From Candidatus Eiseniibacteriota bacterium (GTDB taxonomy: Bacteria > Eisenbacteria > RBG-16-71-46), in NCBI GenBank assembly GCA_963717935.1, contig CAVQXP010000004.1, forward strand, positions 1,344,001 to 1,408,000: a stretch of DNA of 64,000 nt. The letters run 5' to 3'. The position numbers and the translations under genes were made by a program. The notes beneath the pieces are model-generated. The model was not told where the DNA came from. It ran no database searches and saw only the letters and a program-made list of their open reading frames with translations. Below are positions 58,161-64,000 of this stretch, piece by piece (the first letter of the stretch is position 1; every line of letters begins with the position of its first letter).

Positions 58161-59225
58161 TTGAGCCCTTCCTCTGAGAACCACTCTGTCCTGATCCTGG
58201 CCGGGGGCCGCGGCGAGCGCTTCTGGCCATGGAGCCGCCCCGAACGGCCGAAGCAGCTCCTCCCGCTGGCCCGCGGTGGCCGTACCCTGCTCGGTGCCAC
58301 GCTCGACCGCGCCCTGCGCCTGGTCCCGCGGGAGCGCGTGCTCATCCTCACCGCGCGCGACCTGGTCGAGGCGGTGCGTGCCGAGTGCCCCGGCGTGTCC
58401 GTCGTCGGCGAGCCCGTCCCGCGCAACACGGCACCGGCCATCGGCGCGGCGGCCGCGTGGTTCCAGGGCCGCGGCTCCGGCGCTTTCATGGTGCTCCCGT
58501 CCGACCACGTCATCGACGACTTGGACGCCTTCGTCGCCGATGCCACCCGGGCCTTCGAGGCCGCCGGGAACGAGCGCATGCTGCTCACCTTCGGCATCCC
58601 CGGCTCCCACCCCGAGACCAACTTCGGCTACATCGAGCGCGGTGCGCAGGTGGGGCCCCGGCTCCACCGCGTGGCGCGCTTCACCGAGAAGCCCGATCGC
58701 ACCCGGGCCGAGCAGTACCTGGCGGGCGGGAAGCACCTCTGGAACAGCGGCATGTTCGTCTGGCGCCCCGACGTGTTCCTGGCGGCGCTCGAGGCGAGCC
58801 GGCCTGCGCTGGCTGCGCCCCTGCGCGCCATCGCGGCGGCTGCCGGCGACGAGCGCGGCTTCGAGCGGGCGCTCGATCCCGTCTTCCCGGGGCTCGAAGC
58901 GATCTCGGTGGACTACGCCGTGCTCGAGCACGCGCCCAACACGCTCGTGCTCGAGGCCGCCTTCGACTGGGACGACCTGGGCTCGTGGGGCGCCTGGGCG
59001 CGCCGCCAGCCCCGCGACGGGCACGGCAACGTGCTCTTCGGCGACGCCGTGGCTGTGGACTGCCGCTCCTGCATCGTGGTGGGCGAGGGTGGCACGGCCG
59101 CCGCGCTCGGTCTCGAGGACATGGTGGTCGTGCACGTGGACGGCTCGACCCTCGCGTGCCGCCTGGCGGACACCGACCGCGTGCGCAAGGTGAGCGAAGC
59201 CGTCCGCGAGCGGGGGAGGCGATGA
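58161..59225 (+). CDS. manC: Mannose-1-phosphate guanylyltransferase
   Basis: ILAGGRGERFWPWSR..PKQ, EPVPRNTAPA, PSDH, FGYIE, FTEKP, WNSGMF, ISVDYAVLE, WDDLGSW; no C-terminal PMI cupin. Confidence 0.93.
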   Translation: MSPSSENHSVLILAGGRGERFWPWSRPERPKQLLPLARGGRTLLGATLDRALRLVPRERVLILTARDLVEAVRAECPGVSVVGEPVPRNTAPAIGAAAAWFQGRGSGAFMVLPSDHVIDDLDAFVADATRAFEAAGNERMLLTFGIPGSHPETNFGYIERGAQVGPRLHRVARFTEKPDRTRAEQYLAGGKHLWNSGMFVWRPDVFLAALEASRPALAAPLRAIAAAAGDERGFERALDPVFPGLEAISVDYAVLEHAPNTLVLEAAFDWDDLGSWGAWARRQPRDGHGNVLFGDAVAVDCRSCIVVGEGGTAAALGLEDMVVVHVDGSTLACRLADTDRVRKVSEAVRERGRR

Positions 59226-59932
59226 GCCGCAGCGCGCTCGGCCTGGCGCCTGTCCTGGCGCTGGGGGCGCTGCTTGCGCTGGCCGGATGCGCGAGCGTGC
59301 CGCCGTACGCGGGCCGCGCGGCTCGCGGGCCCGCTGCGACGCCGGCGCCGCGCGAGACGCCGGCCGCGCGCCCGACGCCTTCGCCCATCGCGCCGCAACC
59401 CGTGCCGGCCGCGGTGGACACCGCGCCCTCGCGCGACGCGCTGGACGTGCTGGCCACCATCCCCGAGCCGCTCGCGCCCGAGGAGCGCGTGCCCCCGCCG
59501 GAGGTCGCATCCGCTTCGGCGGCGGAGGATTCCGGGCGCACCGACGTGCCCGTGCCGGCCCTCACGCCCGTGCTCGGCGAGCGGCCCCTGCCCGAGGTCG
59601 TGGCGTCCACGGACACGACCTCGCCGCCGGCTGCTCCCGCTCCCCGCGCGCTGGTGGATCCGCCGCCCGCGCCGGGCCTGGCCGCTCCGGCCGTGACGGA
59701 CACGTGCTGGCGCGTGCAGATCGCGGCTTCGGCCGAGCGGAGGAAGGCCGAGCGCTACCTGGAGGCGGGCCGCTCCCAGCTTCTCGTTCCCCTGGTGATC
59801 GAGTCGGAGAAGGGGCTCTTCAAGGTGCGCACGCGCGACTGCCTGGACAGGCAGGCCGCTGATGGGCTGCGCCGGCGCGCGCTGGACGCCGGCTTCGACG
59901 GGGCGTTCCGTATCAGGGGGAGGAAGGCGTGA
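59222..59932 (+). CDS. SPOR-domain lipoprotein
   Basis: Lipobox LAGC, Pro/Ala-rich linker, C-terminal WRVQIAAS...LFKVR...GFDGAF. Confidence 0.8.
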   Translation: MSRSALGLAPVLALGALLALAGCASVPPYAGRAARGPAATPAPRETPAARPTPSPIAPQPVPAAVDTAPSRDALDVLATIPEPLAPEERVPPPEVASASAAEDSGRTDVPVPALTPVLGERPLPEVVASTDTTSPPAAPAPRALVDPPPAPGLAAPAVTDTCWRVQIAASAERRKAERYLEAGRSQLLVPLVIESEKGLFKVRTRDCLDRQAADGLRRRALDAGFDGAFRIRGRKA

Positions 59933-61197
59933 AGCGTTTCCTGCTGCTCTACGAGGGCTCGCGCTGGGAGCGGCTGAGTCCCCTGGCGGATCTGTCGCCC
60001 GTGCCCGGCCTGCGCTTCGGCGCCTCGACCCTGGGTGCCCGCTGGGTGGGTGCGCTGGGTCTGCCGCTGCTCGCGATCGAGGCGCGTGCCGAAGTGCTGG
60101 CGGCGTGGCGCGAGCCGCTCGCGCTCGCGGGCGAGCGGCCTGCGGCGGACGACGAGGTCCTGGCCGTGAACGCGGCGGCGCTGCCCGGCGGCTGGCTCGC
60201 GGCCCTGGTCGAGGGCGGCCCGCCGACGCTCTTCGTGGCGGACGGGGAGCCGGTGGCCGCGCGCCTGCGCTTCGGCGCACTCACGCCCTGCCTTGGCGCG
60301 GGTGCCAGCTTCGAGGCCCGGCTCGCGGACCTGGGCCTGGCGCGCGTCGAGGCGGAGGCCGACTCGCTGCGCTGGCCGTGGGACCTCGTCATCCGCAACC
60401 CCGCCGCGCTCGAGGCCGACCTCGCGCGCCTGCCCGGCCGCATCGCGGGGGCGGTGGACCCGAACGTGGCGCTGCTCGAGCGCGCGCGCATCACCGTCGA
60501 GGCCGGCGCCCGCGTGGACCCCTTCGCGGTGCTGGATGCGCGTGGTGGTCCGATCCTGATTGGTCGCGATGCCGTCGTGCTGGCGCACAGCGTGATCGTG
60601 GGGCCGTGCGTGATCGGTGCGGGCAGCCACGTGCTGGGCGGTGTGGTGGGCCACTCGACCGTGGGACCGCAGTGCCGCCTGGCCGGCGAAGTGGAGGACA
60701 GCCTCTGGCAGGGCTGGGCCAACAAGCGGCACCACGGCTTCGTGGGACACAGCGTGGTGGGCGAGTGGGTGAACCTCGGGGCGCTCACGACCACCAGTGA
60801 CCTGAAGAACAACTACGGCCCGGTGCGCGTATGGGCCACGGGCGGCGAGCGCGACTCCGGCTCGAACAAGGTGGGTTCCATCATCGGCGCCCACGTCAAG
60901 ACCGGCATCGGCACGTTGCTGCCGACCGGATGCTCCATCGGCGCGGGCGCGAACCTCTTCGGCGGTGGAAGATTCGCCCCGAAACGCCTGCCCGCCTTCT
61001 CGTGGTGGGACGGCGAGCGCACGGTCGAGCACCGGCTCGAGGCCTTCCTCGAGACCGCGGCGGTCGCGATGGGCCGCCGTGGGGCCACCCTGCAGGCCGC
61101 GGACGCGGTGCTGCTGCGCGGCCTGTTCGCCGCGAGCGGCGACGAGCGGGAACGCCGGATCGCCAACGAACTCGAGACCCGGGCCGGCCGGGGCTGA
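59929..61197 (+). CDS. GlmU-like putative sugar nucleotidyltransferase with hexapeptide (LbH) repeats
   Basis: LSPLADLSPV..LRFG, WPWDL, GPILIG, GEVEDS, NKRHHGFVGHSVVGEWVNLGA, SDLKNNY, KTGIGT. Confidence 0.8.
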   Translation: MKRFLLLYEGSRWERLSPLADLSPVPGLRFGASTLGARWVGALGLPLLAIEARAEVLAAWREPLALAGERPAADDEVLAVNAAALPGGWLAALVEGGPPTLFVADGEPVAARLRFGALTPCLGAGASFEARLADLGLARVEAEADSLRWPWDLVIRNPAALEADLARLPGRIAGAVDPNVALLERARITVEAGARVDPFAVLDARGGPILIGRDAVVLAHSVIVGPCVIGAGSHVLGGVVGHSTVGPQCRLAGEVEDSLWQGWANKRHHGFVGHSVVGEWVNLGALTTTSDLKNNYGPVRVWATGGERDSGSNKVGSIIGAHVKTGIGTLLPTGCSIGAGANLFGGGRFAPKRLPAFSWWDGERTVEHRLEAFLETAAVAMGRRGATLQAADAVLLRGLFAASGDERERRIANELETRAGRG

Positions 61198-61230
61198 GGC
61201 TGTCAGCCGAAGACGCGGCCCGCGACGACC

Positions 61231-61260
61231 TTGACCGGAAAGCGTCCGCATCACTAAACT
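61231..61260 (+). promoter_or_regulatory. Putative sigma70 promoter for galT-glgA
   Basis: TTGACC (61231-61236)-N18-TAAACT (61255-61260). Confidence 0.45.
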
Positions 61261-61350
61261 GCAGCGCACTTCCTGGCACCCGGCTCCCCGGTCGGGCCCT
61301 GGATGGGTCGGGCCGCGGACGGCGGCATTCGTGGAACTTCGGAGAGCCTC

Positions 61351-62364
61351 ATGCCGGAATTGCGCAAGGATCCGGTGGTTGGCCGGTGGGTGATCATCTC
61401 CACCGATCGCAGCCGCCGTCCCACGAACTTCACCCCGGTCCGCGTCGAGAAGACCACGAACTTCTGTCCCTTCTGCCCCGGGCAGGAGGACAAGACCCCA
61501 CCCGAGGTCTACGCCTGCCGCCAGGACGGCGGTGGCCCCAACAGCACGGGCTGGAAGGTCCGGGTCGTCCCGAACAAGTTCCCGGCCCTGCAGATCGAGG
61601 GGGCTCTCGACCGTCGCGGCGAGGGGCTCTACGACAAGATGAACGGGGTGGGCGCTCACGAGGTCGTGATCGAGGGGCCCGCGCACGGTCTGGACCTCGC
61701 GGACCTTCCGTTGGAGCACCTGGTGGAGGTGCTCAAGGCCTACCGCGAGCGCATGATGGACCTGCACCGCGACCGGCGCTTCCGCTACGTCCTCATCTTC
61801 AAGAACCACGGTGCCGGCGCTGGCGCCACGCTCGAGCACACGCACACCCAGCTCATCGCCACGCCCATCATCCCGAAGATCCTGATGGAGGAGCTGGAGG
61901 GGGCGCGACGCTACCATGAACTCAAGGAACGCTGCGTGTTCTGCGACATCATCCAGCAGGACACCGCGGACCACAACGGGCGGCGCGTCGTGGCGATGAA
62001 CGACCGCTTCCTCACCATCGAACCCTTCGCCCCGCGTTTCCCGTTCGAGACCTGGATCCTGCCGCGCCGCCACGACTCGTCGTTCCAGGTCGTGCAGGAC
62101 GACGACGAATTCAAGGACCTCGCGAGGATCCTCAAGGACACGCTGGGGCGGCTCAACCGCGCACTCGACCGGCCACCTTACAACTTCGTGATCCACACCG
62201 CCCCGGTGACCGAGGGTGAGCTGGAGTACTTCCACTGGCATCTCGAGATCATGCCCGTGCTGACGCGGGTGGCGGGCTTCGAGATCGGCTCGGGCTTCTA
62301 CATCAACCCGACCCCGCCCGAGGACGCCGCGCAGTACCTGAGGGAGATCGCGGTCGAAGACTGA
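61351..62364 (+). CDS. galT: Galactose-1-phosphate uridylyltransferase family (GalT-like, HIT superfamily)
   Basis: MPELRKDP...R..RP, CPFCPG, VPNKFPAL, GAHEVVIE, KNHG..AGATLEHTHTQ (HxHxQ), HWHLEI, AGFEIGSG. Confidence 0.92.
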   Translation: MPELRKDPVVGRWVIISTDRSRRPTNFTPVRVEKTTNFCPFCPGQEDKTPPEVYACRQDGGGPNSTGWKVRVVPNKFPALQIEGALDRRGEGLYDKMNGVGAHEVVIEGPAHGLDLADLPLEHLVEVLKAYRERMMDLHRDRRFRYVLIFKNHGAGAGATLEHTHTQLIATPIIPKILMEELEGARRYHELKERCVFCDIIQQDTADHNGRRVVAMNDRFLTIEPFAPRFPFETWILPRRHDSSFQVVQDDDEFKDLARILKDTLGRLNRALDRPPYNFVIHTAPVTEGELEYFHWHLEIMPVLTRVAGFEIGSGFYINPTPPEDAAQYLREIAVED

Positions 62365-62407
62365 CCGGCCTTCCGGGACCTCCGTTGCCCCACTCCAGCC
62401 GCAGGAC

Positions 62408-63958
62408 ATGAGCCGCTCCGCTCTGGCGGTGGTGCATCTCGCGAGCGAGATGGCGCCGCTCGTGAAGGTCGGCGGGCTTGGCGACGTGGTCGGTTCGCTT
62501 GCTGCAGAGCAGGCGGGGCGCGGGCACCGCGTCACGGTCTGCGTGCCCGCCTATCGCGCGCTGGCGGTCCCCGAGGGCTGGACGCGCGAGGTGCTGGCCG
62601 GCGCCGACGTGCCGTGGGGGATGGGCCGCGAACGCGCCCGCTTCGAGTTGCTGCACTCCCCGTCCCGCGCCGACGCTCCGGGCTCGTTGCGCGTGCTGTT
62701 GGTCGGACATGCCGGCGAGCGGCGCTTCTTCGAGCGGCCGGGCATCTACACCGAGCCCGCGACCGGGGCCGGCTACCCCGACAACGCCGAGCGCTTCCTG
62801 TTCTTCGCGCGCGCCGCCCTCGAGGGCCTCAAGGCCCTCGGCGAGCCGGTGGACGTGCTGCACGCCCACGATCAACAGGCGGCCTGGGCGCCCTGCTTCG
62901 TGCGCACCCTCGAAAAGCGTGCCCGGATCTTCCGTGGTTCCGCCACCGTCTTCACCATCCACAACCTCGGCTACCAGGGCATCCACGACCCGTGGGTGCT
63001 GGGGCTGGCGGGTTTCCCGGGGCACCTCTTCCACGCCGCGAGTCCGTTCGAGTTCTGGGGACGTGTCAACTACATGAAGGTCGGGCTCGCCTTCGCCGAC
63101 CTGCTCTCGACCGTGAGCCCGCGCTACGCGCAGGAGATCCAGCAGGACGGCGAGTACGGTTTCGGCCTCGAGGGCGTTCTGCAGCGCCGTGGCGCGGACC
63201 TGCGTGGCATCCTCAACGGCATCGACGACGTGGTCTGGGACCCGGCGCGCGACCCGTACCTGACGCGGCCCTACGACCGCGAGCACCTCGAAGGCAAGCG
63301 TGCCAGCCACGGGGCGTTGGCGGCCGAGTGCGACTTCGCGCCGGGCCGGCCCATCGTCGGCATGGTCACGCGACTCGTGGACCAGAAGGGCCTCGACCTG
63401 GTCGAGCAGGCCGCAGCGGAGCTGCTCGAACTCAACGCGAACTATGTCGTGCTGGGCTACGGCCAGTCGCGCTACGAAGAGCTGCTGGAGGGCCTCATGC
63501 TCGAGCATCCCGACCGGGTGCACCACTGTGCCCGGCAGGACGAGCGGCTCGCGCACCTGATCGAGGCCGGCGCCGACCTGTTCCTGATGCCCTCACGCTA
63601 CGAGCCGTGCGGCTTGAACCAGATGTACTCGCTGCGCTACGGCACGGTCCCGGTGGTGCGCGAGACCGGGGGGCTGGCGGACACCGTGGAGGAGTTCGAC
63701 CTGGGCTCCCGGCAGGGCACGGGCTTCCTCTTCGGCCCTTACGAGCCCGAGGCCATGGTGGGCGCGCTCAAGCGCGCGCTCGCCATCCAGAAGCAGCCGG
63801 AGCTGTGGCAGGCCCTGCAGCGTAACGGCATGGCCCGTGATTTCTCCTGGCGCGCCAGCGCCGACGGCTACGACCGGCTCTACGAGGACGCGCTCGAGCG
63901 GGTGCGTGCCGGGACGGTGCCCACGCTCGAATCGGTGAAGGCGACGCTCAAGGTCTGA
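62408..63958 (+). CDS. glgA: Glycogen synthase (GT5)
   Basis: ASEMAPLVKVGGLGDVV (KxGGL), HAHD, TIHNLGYQG, TVSPRYA, NGID, RLVDQKG, MPSRYEPCGLNQMYSLRYG. Confidence 0.95.
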   Translation: MSRSALAVVHLASEMAPLVKVGGLGDVVGSLAAEQAGRGHRVTVCVPAYRALAVPEGWTREVLAGADVPWGMGRERARFELLHSPSRADAPGSLRVLLVGHAGERRFFERPGIYTEPATGAGYPDNAERFLFFARAALEGLKALGEPVDVLHAHDQQAAWAPCFVRTLEKRARIFRGSATVFTIHNLGYQGIHDPWVLGLAGFPGHLFHAASPFEFWGRVNYMKVGLAFADLLSTVSPRYAQEIQQDGEYGFGLEGVLQRRGADLRGILNGIDDVVWDPARDPYLTRPYDREHLEGKRASHGALAAECDFAPGRPIVGMVTRLVDQKGLDLVEQAAAELLELNANYVVLGYGQSRYEELLEGLMLEHPDRVHHCARQDERLAHLIEAGADLFLMPSRYEPCGLNQMYSLRYGTVPVVRETGGLADTVEEFDLGSRQGTGFLFGPYEPEAMVGALKRALAIQKQPELWQALQRNGMARDFSWRASADGYDRLYEDALERVRAGTVPTLESVKATLKV

Positions 63959-64000
63959 GGAGCGCGGGCGTCACCCGGGGCCGTGGACCGGCCGGAGCCG

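Noticed and set aside
59755..62535. Very long antisense/alternative-frame ORFs (this 926-aa ORF, also 460..2067, 10714..12921, 38423..40621 and others)
   Set aside because: Shadow ORFs expected in very high-GC DNA; they overlap well-supported genes and carry no recognisable motifs
1..64000. CRISPR arrays, tRNA, rRNA or known riboswitches
   Set aside because: No regularly spaced repeats, cloverleafs or recognisable aptamer consensus found by eye; GACGCAAAG near 4766 lacks the rest of a c-di-GMP-I aptamer

Overview
High-GC bacterial DNA dominated by a mosaic cell-surface polysaccharide locus of about 51 kb (~7.1-58 kb). The left flank carries the 3' end of pnp, an M16 peptidase, a MocR regulator with a PLP aminotransferase, a DUF3108 gene and a DHS-like gene. 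The right flank carries manC, a SPOR lipoprotein, a GlmU-like gene, galT and glgA. The locus encodes a Wza/Wzz/Wzc-like export module, three Wzx flippases, a Wzy/WaaL-like protein, a priming glycosyltransferase, about 10 GT2/GT4 enzymes, two GT-C-like membrane proteins and nucleotide-sugar enzymes (probable UDP-L-QuiNAc pathway, two 2-epimerases, a DegT aminotransferase). A central, less GC-extreme block (~24-45.5 kb) holds an sxtI/J/K/L-like carbamoyltransferase cassette, a complete IS21 element with a 5-bp target duplication, an ORF-less 5' fragment of a group II intron, an AsnB-like gene, a PqqD/RRE-like::PIG-L fusion and a GT4 pseudogene. Most interesting candidates: (i) a carbamoylation relay whose 49-aa membrane peptide ends in FIYALF, matching the DltX/AlgI/PatA tyrosine acyl-shuttle motif, next to an intact SGNH enzyme but with no MBOAT in the window; (ii) a shared structured leader motif ahead of two polysaccharide operons; (iii) a nucleotidyltransferase + phosphodiesterase pair inside the export operon. 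Many genes between 3 and 23 kb are frameshifted, most likely from sequencing indels. All calls come from motif recognition by eye; no searches were run.
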